Assembly: GCA_043228905.1 (NCBI GenBank)
Contig: JBHGNT010000017.1
Location: 18,910,001 to 18,974,000 of the forward strand
From: Azolla caroliniana
Lineage: Eukaryota > Plantae > Polypodiophyta
DNA: 64,000 nt
Reading direction: 5' to 3'
How positions within the stretch are numbered: the stretch's first letter is position 1; each line of letters opens with the position of its first letter. The position numbers and the translations under genes were made by a program. The notes under the pieces are model-generated. The model was not told the origin of the DNA. It did no database searches and worked only from the letters and a program-made list of their open reading frames with translations. Below, piece after piece: positions 1 through 13,707 of this stretch.

Positions 1-1632
1 CCTTACATGGGATAGATCCGGCTTCTTCCCATAGTATTTCTCGTGTGGGGTGACCTCGTGCACTCCGGATGTTGTGCCCTGGTTCATGAGGTAGACGGTG
101 GTATTTGTAGCTTCTGCCCAATATGACTTGGGCATATGCTTCTCATTTAGCATGGCCCTTGCTACTTCGAGGATGTGCCGATTCTTGCGTTCGGCTACAC
201 TGTTCTGTTGTGGTGTGTTTCGGCAAGTGAATTCTCGCCAAATTCCTTCTTGTTGAAGGTATGTCGTGAATGCATCGGAGAAGTATTCCTTTTCTCCGTC
301 TAACCGAAGACATCGTACGTGACGCCCAATTGTCTTTTCGACTTCGCTTTTGAATTTTTGGAAGTGTGTAAACACTTCTCTCTTCATCCTCATGGGAAAG
401 ATCCATGTGTATCTAAAGAAGTCGTCGATGAAGGTAACATAGTACCGATATCCTCCGAACGTAGCCGTTTGTGCCGGTCCCCACACATCCGAGTGGACTA
501 CGTCCAATAGGCCTTTGCTCACGTTCCTCTCCTTCGGGAACGGGTGTCGATGTTGCTTGCCGAATTGGCATGCTTCACATACTCCTTCAATCTCTTTCTC
601 TTTGAAGGTTGGGAGCCCAATGACGAATCCTTTCGATTGCATCGCCTTGAGTTTGTTGAGATTGATATGGCCGATTCTTTTATGCCATAGCTCTATGTTG
701 GTGTTGTGTTTGAGGCCCTTTGCAAACATGGCCGATTTTACCTCGTTCGCTTCGAGGATAAACATTCGGCCTTCCCTTTGACCACGAGCAATTAGTCGAC
801 CTTCCTTCTCGATGAAGCAACCTCCTTGGTTGAGTCGAACTTGCATCCCTTGCTCCACAATTTGGCCGACCGAGACCAAATTCTTCGTTATGGTGGGTAC
901 ATGTAAGACATTTTTTATGCAAGTTTGTTCACCTTTCCCGAATGGGACATTTCCGACATGCTGAATCGAATGAGTGGTGTCGTCTCCGGTCTTGACATAA
1001 CCGGGTCGATCCGGCTCTCAAAGGTCTTTGAACCATTCTTGATTGGACATCATATGGTTCGAAGCACCGGAGTCGACGAACCATACATCTTCCGGATTGG
1101 AGGCATTAGTCGAAGTAGAGGCCGACATAGGATTTGCTCTATGTCTCATTACAAACATTCTGCCATGATCTTCATAGTCGGAGTTGGTGGCATAATTGGT
1201 GAGTTGTCGGCTTGTGGAAGCCGACTCGCGCTTCTTCTTTCGGCACTCTTCTTCATGGTGGCCGATTTTTCCGCAATAACCGCATTCGATCGAGTTTTGT
1301 CGACTCAAACTGGAATGGAAGCTCCCCCTTCTTCCGAAGGTTCCTCGATGGCTTCCGTCTTGTTGCAGAATTTGGGAGTTGTTGTCGTAAGTTGGACCTC
1401 GTCAGCCGCCTCGTCCTTGGCTGAATTGGCCTCTTGCTTGGCTGCATCCTCTTCTTCCATTCGAATGCGTGTAGAGCATGTGGCCTTCCGAGGCGTTGCT
1501 CCTTGTTCGAACATGATTCTCTTCGACCAATAACATAGATTGAAGATCAAAGAAAGAGGGAGGATTCTCCCTTGCTAGGACGGCGGTTCTCATCGAGCCG
1601 AACCGTGGTGCAAGGCCACCGAGGCATATTTG
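1..1632 (-). pseudogene. E1 gag(C-terminal)-protease-integrase coding remnant
   Basis: ORF pieces 1402-1770, 1018-1308 and further frames carry MVQICLGGLAP, a CCHC knuckle, DSGAS and integrase motifs split over several frames. Confidence 0.85.
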
Positions 1633-1637
1633 CACCA

Positions 1638-2027
1638 TGTAAAAAGCAGCGTGCGGAAGCAAGTATGAAGACCGAACGGAAGGAAGACAACTCAGGTTTA
1701 ATGGAGAGCTTGAGCTTACGCAGTATACGCGGGAGACAGAGAGAGAGTGAGAGAGAGAGAGAAAACACAAGAACTATATTCAACAAAAACTCAATCTCTA
1801 TTCACTACTCTATACATGTGTGTGTTCAATGAACACTTTTATACAAGTCCTAGAAGGACTGACAGAAGTACTGACAATACTTCAATGCTCATTAAGAGCT
1901 CCTACACTAACTCCCAAATATATTCCTCACAGAATATCTTTCCTAACGGCCTGACCGATCAGTTCCAACCGATCCGGTCCTCGGCTTCTTCAGCCGATCC
2001 AGCCGATGTTGAGCTTGTCTCTCAACA
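1638..2027 (-). repeat. E2 3' LTR
   Basis: TG...CA termini, direct repeat of 4763-5156, abuts the PPT. Confidence 0.95.
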
Positions 2028-2548
2028 CTCCCCCTCAAGCTCAACTTGAGGCTCTTCGGGATCTTCACAGCTCCGGTTCCTCCTGGCTTTACGCCTCGCT
2101 CGCGCTCCTCGACCTGTTCGACTCTGCGCGCTTCGACCCTCCCGGTCGGCTTGTCTGCTCATGTGGCCCTTATCAGCTCTTCTGCTGTTGCGGTGTCGAC
2201 ACTTCTTCTACTGCCTTTTCTTCCGCTTGGGCCTCAGTTGATTCAACGTGTCTAAATCAAACATCCGAACCGACTCGGCTACCTCCGATCGGTTTTCGCT
2301 CTCGTCCGAGTTGGCTGTCTCCAACTCGTCTTCGGTCTTCTCGCCCTCGATGGCGTCATCTCCCCCATGCGTGGTTGGCTTCGGCTCTCTCCTTCGGCTG
2401 CTCCCCTTCTGTCCGCTTTCAGACTTTTCCGCGGGTCCGCCCTCGGCTTCTCCAGCCGATCCGAAGTCAAACTCGACAACCGACTCGGTGTCGCGGTCTC
2501 CGCTCCTTTCCTGCTGCCTTGCTCGGTCGTTCGGGACTGTTCTCCCCC

Positions 2549-4690
2549 TCAAGTTTGGCACGTCGAGGTGACGCAACCCGAGCGCACCTGAGAATTGCCG
2601 CAACTTGTCCAGACCAAGAGGCTTTGTGAAGATGTTCCGAAATATAGCTCGTGCGCCGACACCTTGTGTCCGATCCGGTTCTGAATGTATACCGCGGTCC
2701 TTACCACCTCGGCCCAGTAGAACTTGGGCAAGCTCTTCTCTTCCAGTATTGCCCGTGCCGCTTCCACAACTGACCGATTCTTCCTCTCGGCCACGCCGTT
2801 CTGCTCCGACGTGTATCTACAACTGAATTCGCGCCGAATTCCCATTTGTTGTAGATAACCGTTGAATTGACCGGAAAAGTACTCTTTCCCGCCATCCGAC
2901 CGCAGGCACTTGATCTTTCGTCCCGTTTCCATTTCCACGAACCCTTTGAGGTCCCGGAAACAGTCGAAGACTTCGCTCTTCCTCTCAATGAGGTAGATCC
3001 ACGTGTGCCGCATGTGGTCGTCGATGAAGGAGACGAAATATCGGCTCCCGCCAAGACTAACGTTTTGTGTCGGCCCCCATACATCGGAGTGTATAAGGTC
3101 GAGCTTGTTCCGGCTCCAGTTTCGCTCGTTGGGGAAAGGAAGTCGGTGTTGCTTCCCGAGCTGGCAAGCTTCACAAATTTGTGCCTTTCGGCCACTAAAT
3201 TTGGGCAATCCGAACACTACCTGTTTCGATTGCAGATCTTGAAGCCACTGGTAGTTGACATGGCCTATCCGCTTGTGCCACAAGTCGATGTCTGACTCGG
3301 ATTTTTGTCCCTTCGCGGACATTGCGGTGCCGCCGTCAGTGAAGTCGAGGATGAACATCCTCCCGTCTCTGCGCCCTTGCGCAATCACACGGCCTTCTTC
3401 CTCAATGAAGCACCCGAGGTGTGTAAACCAAACCTCCATCCCTTGGTCGACGATCTGTCCGACCGAGACCAAGTTCTTCGTGATTGTCGGAACGTGCAAC
3501 ACGTTCATGAGTTTCCCTTTCTGCCCGACATGGCTAAGGGGAACTTCTCCGACATTCGCAATCGGATGCGGAGTGTCGTCTCCAGTTGCGACTACTCCAG
3601 GTTGTATTGGTTTTTCAAGGTACGAGAACCACTCCTTATGGCTCGTCATGTGGTTTGACGCGCCGGAGTCTACGTACCACACCTCGTCCGATCTCGGGGT
3701 GGTCCATTTCAATGAGTTTGCTTCGTGTCTCGTCACGAAGGCAGACCCTTCTCCGGCTCTCCCGGAGTCTTCGGCGTAGTGCGATCGCTGCCGATTTCCC
3801 TTGTCGGTATGTCCGGAGTCGTTTTTGGAACCGGTTCTCTCCGAATTGGCGCGCTTCTTCCAACACTCACTTTCCCTGTGGCCTTTCTTGCCACAGTACC
3901 AGCACTCCGCGATGGCCTTCCTTTGCCGGTTCTCATCGCTTTGACTCCCCCTGTTTCCGAAGGGTCCGGAGTTGCTGTCGGCATCACTTCGGTGCCTTCT
4001 TCCTTGATCTCGTCGGCCACCTCCATTGTGCGCCGACTCGCCTCGTCCTCCACGTCCACGGGGCCTATCTCCCTCCGTGTACAAAATTCTGCTGTCGGTG
4101 TGCGTGCTTGTAGACGCACCCGCGTGGTTCTCCTTTACCAGGAGCACTGACTGTAAGTCGAAAAAGGACGATGTATTCTCCCGGGTACACACAGCCGTTC
4201 GGAACGCTCCGAACTTCGACGCCAAACCTCCGAGACAGATCTGGACCATCACGCTCTCCTTGATGTTCACCTCTATGGAGGCGAGGGAGTCGCAGATATC
4301 CTTGATCTTCGAGGTATAGTCCGCCACCGACAAGTCGCGTTGTCGTAGGTTGCTCAACTCCTGTCGGAGCTGAAGCTTCCTAGCTGTGGTGCTCGCGGCG
4401 AAAATCTTCTTCATATTTTCCCACACACCCTTCGACGTCTTTGCATCCCGAACATAGCTCAATAGTTGTTCGCCCACACACGAAGCGAAGCAGTATAATA
4501 CCCTGCTCGCCGATTGCTCCCACGACGGGAAGTCTCTGTGTGTCGATTCGGGTGCCGCGTCATTAGCTCCTTCGACATAACTCCAGTAGCCGTGCCCGAG
4601 AAGGTATTGGTGCATCTTGTAGGACCAAGATGCGTAGTTGGTTCTGTCGAGCTTCTCTATTGGAAGCGAGCTCGCCATGCCTCTATCCAT
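2549..4690 (-). CDS. Copia gag-protease-integrase polyprotein (713 aa), truncated in the integrase C-terminus by a deletion
   Basis: Uninterrupted ORF with gag (EKLDRTNYASWSYKMHQYL), CWYCGKKGHRESEC, WYVDSGASNHM, GAG-pre-integrase WHKRIGH...CEAC and integrase core IHSDVWGP / RSDGGKEY / GVAERKNR. After HELYFG the DNA jumps to the RNase H tail (IFTKPLGLDKLRQF) in another frame. Confidence 0.88.
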   Translation of the reverse strand: MDRGMASSLPIEKLDRTNYASWSYKMHQYLLGHGYWSYVEGANDAAPESTHRDFPSWEQSASRVLYCFASCVGEQLLSYVRDAKTSKGVWENMKKIFAASTTARKLQLRQELSNLRQRDLSVADYTSKIKDICDSLASIEVNIKESVMVQICLGGLASKFGAFRTAVCTRENTSSFFDLQSVLLVKENHAGASTSTHTDSRILYTEGDRPRGRGGRGESAHNGGGRRDQGRRHRSDADSNSGPFGNRGSQSDENRQRKAIAECWYCGKKGHRESECWKKRANSERTGSKNDSGHTDKGNRQRSHYAEDSGRAGEGSAFVTRHEANSLKWTTPRSDEVWYVDSGASNHMTSHKEWFSYLEKPIQPGVVATGDDTPHPIANVGEVPLSHVGQKGKLMNVLHVPTITKNLVSVGQIVDQGMEVWFTHLGCFIEEEGRVIAQGRRDGRMFILDFTDGGTAMSAKGQKSESDIDLWHKRIGHVNYQWLQDLQSKQVVFGLPKFSGRKAQICEACQLGKQHRLPFPNERNWSRNKLDLIHSDVWGPTQNVSLGGSRYFVSFIDDHMRHTWIYLIERKSEVFDCFRDLKGFVEMETGRKIKCLRSDGGKEYFSGQFNGYLQQMGIRREFSCRYTSEQNGVAERKNRSVVEAARAILEEKSLPKFYWAEVVRTAVYIQNRIGHKVSAHELYFGTSSQSLLVWTSCGNSQVRSGCVTSTCQT

Positions 4691-4762
4691 CGTTCTTCTT
4701 GTTCTTCTTCGTCAAGCTGTGTCGGTTGCAGAGAGGTTCTCAACCCTCGCCCTCTAATACCA

Positions 4763-5156
4763 TGTAAAAAGTAGCGTGCGGAAGCAAGTATGAAGACTGA
4801 ACGGAAGGAAGACAACTCAGGTTTAATGGAGAGCTTGAGCTTACGCGGTATACGTGGGAGAGAGAGAGAGAGTGAGAGTGTGTGAGAGAGAAAACACAAG
4901 AACTATATTCAACAAAAACTCAATCTCTATTCACTACTCTATACATGTGTGTGTTCAATGAACACTTTTATACAAGTCCTAGAAGGACTGACAGAAGTAT
5001 TGACAGTACTTCAATGCTCATTAAGAGCTCCTACACTAACTCCCAAATATATTCCTCACAGAATATCTTTCCTAACGGCCTAACCGATCGGTCCCAACCG
5101 ATCCAGTCCTTGGCTTCTTCAGCCGATCCAGCCGATGTTGAGCTTGTCTCTCAACA
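4763..5156 (-). repeat. E2 5' LTR
   Basis: TG...CA termini; PBS adjacent; about 11 substitutions versus the 3' LTR outside the GA microsatellite (counted by eye). Confidence 0.95.
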
Positions 5157-5603
5157 CACCATCTCATCATCATCCACATTGACGCTTATTGAGCCGAGCG
5201 AGTCACAAAGCTCCTTGATCCTCAAGGTGTAGCTTGTGATGGACATGTCCCGTTGTTGGATGTTGTTCAACTCTTGGCGGAGTTGAAGCTTCCTCGCGGT
5301 CATGTTGGCGGCGAAAATCTTTCGTAGATTTTCCCATGCTTCCTTCGGCGTCTTGGCTTCTCAAATGTAACTGAGCATGTGGTCGTGAACACATGTCTCC
5401 AAGCAATACATTACTTGACTCGCCGCTTGCTCCCATGTTGAGTAGTCAGCGTCTTTCGGGTCAGGTCGGTTTTCTTGTGCTCCCTTGATGTAACCCCAAT
5501 AGCCTTGGCCAACAAGGTATTGGTGCATCTTGTACTCCCAAGATGCGAAGTTGTTTCGGTCCAACTTCTCGCTAGGGAGAGCGCTCCCCATTTGAGTATT
5601 CAT
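5157..5603 (-). pseudogene. E1 gag N-terminal part
   Basis: ORF 5361-5603 is homologous to the E2 gag N-terminus, has an in-frame stop, and continues to the E2 insertion site. Confidence 0.85.
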
Positions 5604-5739
5604 GGTGTTCGATGCATATTTCTTCGTTCTTCTTCTCTCTTGAATACGAGCTATGTAGTCACACTACGATAGCAATGAGCCGGTTCTTCTTGAACATCGC
5701 GGATGGGTTAGATGGAGCTACCAAACCGCTTTGATACCA

Positions 5740-6238
<499 letters not shown>

Positions 6239-7246
6239 CCTTTCAATATAAAACTTGTAACATGAATGTTATTATCATGTTCCATCTCTAAAGACCACTC
6301 TCTTCAGAGTTGTAACATGAATGTTATTATCATATGGTTATTATTGAAAACATGATGACCCATCAATACAATGGGCCCCATGCTCTTGTGTAGCTACATC
6401 TACTCAAGTCACATATACATGAAGAGGAATGCTAACAATTCCATATCCAAACCTTTCAATATAAAATGTTCCCCCATGAAATGTGACCACTTGGGCATAG
6501 AGATCAACCTCTAGAGCATACATTGATAGACTTGCCCTCGATACATGCTTGTGTGTTACCTTAAGCGTATGCCATGTGCATTGTCGTGTCATACACATAG
6601 AGTTGACCTACCATAATCTACGTGTTAGACCAAATTAGCATTTCTTAGGTTTATGAATCATAGTGTTTTCTCTAATTTAAGCATGTCTCATTCTTCCATT
6701 CTATCCATTCATACAAATATGGCAACACATATTCGTTTATAAGAGCACCTAGATGTACATATCAACACTTCTCTCTCTCTTTAATATGACATTGGGATTA
6801 GCTTTGTTTTAGACTATTATTGTTGTCTAATATGTTAAATTACAATCATTGTGCAATAAGGCACACCTTTGCTATAAATATGGCTTACGAGTTTCATCAA
6901 TAATCATACTTTGAGGTTGCATTACCAATTTTGGACTCATAGCAATTGTCTTATATTTGGTAGGTTGAAGATAAAGTGATGTGATGGAGACCTTATGTTA
7001 CAATTAACCGATCATTTTGAACAAATGACAAAATAACTATCTAGCATTTAAGTAAGGTAAAGACAAAGGTATATAGTATGTGATGGACATTGTGGTTGAT
7101 ATGGTTTATCCCAAGTTAAGAGTTTTTGTTAAAAGAGAGGGAAATGATCAATAAGAGGGTTGATATATATATATATATAACTTCCATGGGAGGCTGATTT
7201 CAATCTATGCCACGAGGCCTTGGTCCATGGTGAACTTGGGTTCTCT

Positions 7247-7251
<5 letters not shown>

Positions 7252-7331
<80 letters not shown>
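7252..7331. repeat. Compound (TG)n(AG)n microsatellite
   Basis: Directly visible. Confidence 0.95.
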
Positions 7332-7333
<2 letters not shown>

Positions 7334-8689
7334 AATAATAGATATATTGTTAATGTCCACAGAAGACTGGTTGCGATCTATGATACGAGGCCTAGCCCAT
7401 GGTTTGAATTGAACTCGGGTTCTTTTAACTTTATATGTGTGTGAGAGTGAGAGAGAGAGAAAGAAAGAAGGATATATTAGCGTTTTCTAAGACCAAATTT
7501 GGTTGATAAGACAATTGATAACAATAATGGAAAATGTACCCAATCATTAAGAATAAGAATAAATCTAAATAAAAGAGTTATAGAGTGGCACAAAAATGTT
7601 ATGGGGTGTGGCACGTTCTATAAGGAAATGGCTATGTGTTGAGATTGGTTTCATTTCCATCCAAGTCTGTGTAAAAAGGGTAGGGATTGAAGGGGTTCGA
7701 TGTGGGTGTGGTCTGTGGTCTTGACGTAAATGGTATCATGACCATAACTTCTATGTGTGGTAACTCATGTTCCCTTATATTCTTAATGTCTACTACTTGA
7801 CATTTTGTTTGTTTGCATGTATATGTATGATATGAATGGGTAAATGTATGTGAGTGTTGTTTTTTATAAGAGAAATGTGTATTGCTAAATGGTTTTAATT
7901 ATTGGTATGCAGGAGGGTATTCAGGGAATTTACAATTTTGTTTTTTGTGGGTAGGGTCCATAGATTGACATATTCGCATTCGTGGGGAAGACCCCAGGAA
8001 TGCATACAAATGTGTCTAAAAGTATTTGTTTTTAAAAGAAAATCATTTTTTTTCACTTCATCCTCACCGCCCCATGTGTCCTATCCTATGCGTGATGCCT
8101 CATCCTCGCCTCCATCTTGCGTGACTCCTACATCCTCACCTCCCCTGTATCTCGTTTTGGTTCCGAAAATTAGGATTCAGTCGAAACCCTAAATTTGACC
8201 ATATTTTCTCTTCTCAGCCTGCATCTTCGCCTCCCTCTACATTCTCTGCCTGACAGATGTAGTGATATTCTCGGCTTGCAAACTCAAGGTTTTGCAAATA
8301 CCCTAATTTTGGATGAAACCCTAATTATTAGTGAATTATTAATGAATGAATGAATGAATTGTGATGTAATTAAATGAATTAGTTATTAGTATATTAATTA
8401 ATGTTTGAGTGAATTAATTCTTGTTTTGGTGAATTAAATAAATTTTATTGTGTAAATTTATTGTGAAAAACGAATGGTTTTATAACATCTTTGGGCCCAT
8501 TTAGTGAATATCACGAATATCATGTATATGTCAATCTATTATAGGAGGGACCAAGGGTTTAAGTGAAGGGGGGAGGGGAGAGATAGAAGTGAAAAGGTGC
8601 AGCGGGTTTTAATTTATCTAATTATTAGATTGGTAAAATAAATATGAGGGGGGAAGCTCGAGTGAGATGAAAGGAGAGAGAAAGACGAG

Positions 8690-10420
8690 ATATAGATAGA
8701 TAGATTCTATTATCGTCTTTGGAGGTCAAATATGACCTATGAGACCAAAAAATAATAAATTTTACGTAATACATGTGAAAGTGAGCAACAACTCTCGATA
8801 TTCAAGAACTTTACTAAAGAATGTTTTAATTGAGAGTGCACATTGTGGTTGTGAGAGGAATTTGTGCAAAGAGTGGGCTTGGATGAAGATGTGTGGAACG
8901 CAATGACGCATGGTTGAATATAATCAAAGGTAGAGCATTGTATCAAAGTGTGATACTCAGACTCTCAAACTTGTTTATGGAAAAGTGTGCATAGACACTT
9001 GTAGCCCAACACCCCGTCTCACATCGCAATGCATGTGAGCTACGTCACATGGAAGCGATGGTCCGAATGGCAGACAACGGGATGGGCTCTTACATTATAC
9101 GGTTTCCCTGTTACACGAAGAATATGGTTTTGTAGTTAGGTGCAACATGTGTAGTATAATGTGTGAAACATGAGCCTCCACATTTGTCCCATATTATGAT
9201 TCATTGGCGTTGCAAAAATGCCTCATTTACATATGAATCTAGTGATGCATCATGAAGCAAGTGTGTTGCATCCCATCTACCAAACCATTTTTCCATATCT
9301 TGAATCCAACCGTAACATAAAAATTCGCTTTTATGTGTCTTTTGGACCTTAAACATGTATTCAACAACCTTTTCAATGACCATGATCTCAATGGGAAGTG
9401 ATTCCCCCTCAGGGAGTAGGAGGGTGTATGTCGTTGGTTTCTTGACTCGTAGAAACTTTGTAAGAAAATGTTTTTGGGCAATTTTAAAACTCTTTCTAAT
9501 ATGCTTATTTTACTACCTCTAAGCGGTGTGTAGTACATTCATTCCATATATGATTTGAAGGAACTTCAAGACCGAGATATTTGAAGCTTTCCACGCATTC
9601 AAGTTGCTCATTATTGTACATAATGCATGGTTTATCTTTTTTTGACTTTTCACAAGCACAATCCTTGTTTTAGAGTGATTGCCACTTAATTTAGCATGCA
9701 TGCAATTTTTTTCCAATGCCTTCATAAACTTTTGCGCATCTCCTAAAGTATTTGCAAGAATTACTACTTCATCTACATATAACAAAAACATGATGACTAC
9801 ATTCCCCTTGACAACTTCTTCAAGACCTTCTTCCTTCACAAACTTGGCAACCATTTCGTCCAATTCATCGATGTATAGACTAAATAGAGTTGGTGAGAAG
9901 GGGCATCCTCACTTAACACCAATAATGTTATTGAAAAAATCTGAAAGTCTATTGCCTATATGCACACAACATATAACCTTTTCATATATTCGGGAAATTG
10001 CAAGCATATATTCACTTGACACCTTGAGTTCTTTCATTTGCCTCCAAAATGCTCAAGAGGTACCATATTAAAAGCTTTCTTGAGGTTTATGAAGCAACAA
10101 TACAAACCTTTACCTCTCAAGCAACTATCCTCCATTAATACTCAAAGGGTGACAAGGTAATCAATGGTGCTTTGGTATTTTTGAAAGCCAACCTGTCTAT
10201 AAGCTGTCTTACCATTTTTTTCAGCCCATGCACTTATCTTTGATTCCATTATACATCCAAATAGTTTTGCCATTAACGAGCCAACTATGATGGTTCGATA
10301 CTTGTCTACGTTATTTACATCCTCCACCTTTATGTAAAGGTTTGATCCAATTTGTCGTCCACATACAACATGCCATGTTGCAATGCATGATTCAACATAT
10401 CACTTATCCATGCATTGCAA
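8690..10420 (-). mobile_element. 5'-truncated, degenerate non-LTR retrotransposon (LINE) ORF2: RT domain plus C-terminal Cys/His motif and 3' UTR
   Basis: Minus-strand fragments IKPLHKGG, YRTIIVGSLMAKLF, QVGF...STID, CFINLKKAF, GVK*GCPFSPTLFSLYID, LLYVDE (degenerate YADD) and ESEYHTLIQC; ends in a short (TCTA)n tail near 8690-8705. Confidence 0.85.
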
Positions 10421-10434
10421 GAGAAGGGAGAAGA

Positions 10435-10440
<6 letters not shown>

Positions 10441-10493
<53 letters not shown>

Positions 10494-10500
10494 GAGAGAG
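10441..10500. repeat. (GA)n microsatellite at the 5' truncation point of the LINE
   Basis: Directly visible. Confidence 0.95.
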
Positions 10501-11229
10501 GAGAAGTTGTCTCTAGTGATGTTAGCGGACACCACTTGTGGACAACAACTACAACCACGTCAATGTTGTCAGCGACAACTTTTGACGGTGACAGGGAGTG
10601 GCAAAAATATGGATGAGAGAGATGACAAATGGGGTGGCAGTGGACGTGACAATGGGTGGGTGGGTGGGGGGGGGGAGGATATGCCCATCTCTGTCTTTGT
10701 CTCTTATTGCCCGCCTGCCTCTATCTGTGTCCCCCCACCCGATTCTTTGGGATGCGCCCATCTTTGTCTTTGTTTCTTGTTGTCTGTCTCTATCTGTATA
10801 TGTCCCCCCCACCCGATTCTTTGGGATGCCCCTTTTTTTTTTATCACAAGTTATATGAGAAGAAGAAGAAGAAGTAGTAGTAGTAGCAAAACCAACATCA
10901 AAAAATACATCACCACGTTCAGGGATGGGATTGTAGTAGCAACACCAACATCTCTCTCTGTCTCTCTCTTTCTCTGTCTCACGAACGACAGATACATCTA
11001 TCTTGTCCAGAAGGATATAAATACATACATATGTAAGGTCTGCAGATATATATATATATATATAATTGATGTGCATATTAAAACATACCATATCCCATCT
11101 TATCCTATTTTGTTGAACTGAGAGAGCCTGTTTCACGGTGTGTGATCACAGTAAAGAAGTTTTCCTGCTAACCTTTACCTAGATCGTCATCTACGCCCCC
11201 AGAATCCTCCCTGATCTTTCCTATCATCG

Positions 11230-13707
<2,478 letters not shown>

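Larger units (their letters stand above)
1638..5156 (-). mobile_element. Ty1/copia LTR retrotransposon (inner element E2), internally deleted and lacking RT
   Basis: Paired LTRs 1638-2027 and 4763-5156; 5-bp TSD CACCA at 1633-1637 and 5157-5161; PBS-like TGGTATTAGAGGGC at 4749-4762; PPT AGCTTGAGGGGGAG at 2028-2041. Removing it restores the E1 gag frame DDEMV|QICLGG. Confidence 0.96.

Noticed and set aside
925-4319. Many long plus-strand ORFs antisense to the copia coding regions
   Set aside because: Shadow ORFs of GC-rich retroelement coding sequence with no independent motifs.
7185-7435. Two diverged ~60-bp copies flanking the TG/AG microsatellite, with a weak B-box-like match
   Set aside because: No A box, tail or TSD; best explained as an old local duplication.
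8184-8326. AAACCCTAA motifs (also near 31091 and 31385) as interstitial telomere
   Set aside because: Isolated single units, which are common telo-box-type motifs in plant DNA. There is no tandem array.
10342-11136. 259-aa and 195-aa ORFs upstream of GSDA
   Set aside because: They are built from (GA)n, G-runs and a short local duplication, with no recognisable domain. This is probably promoter/UTR DNA.
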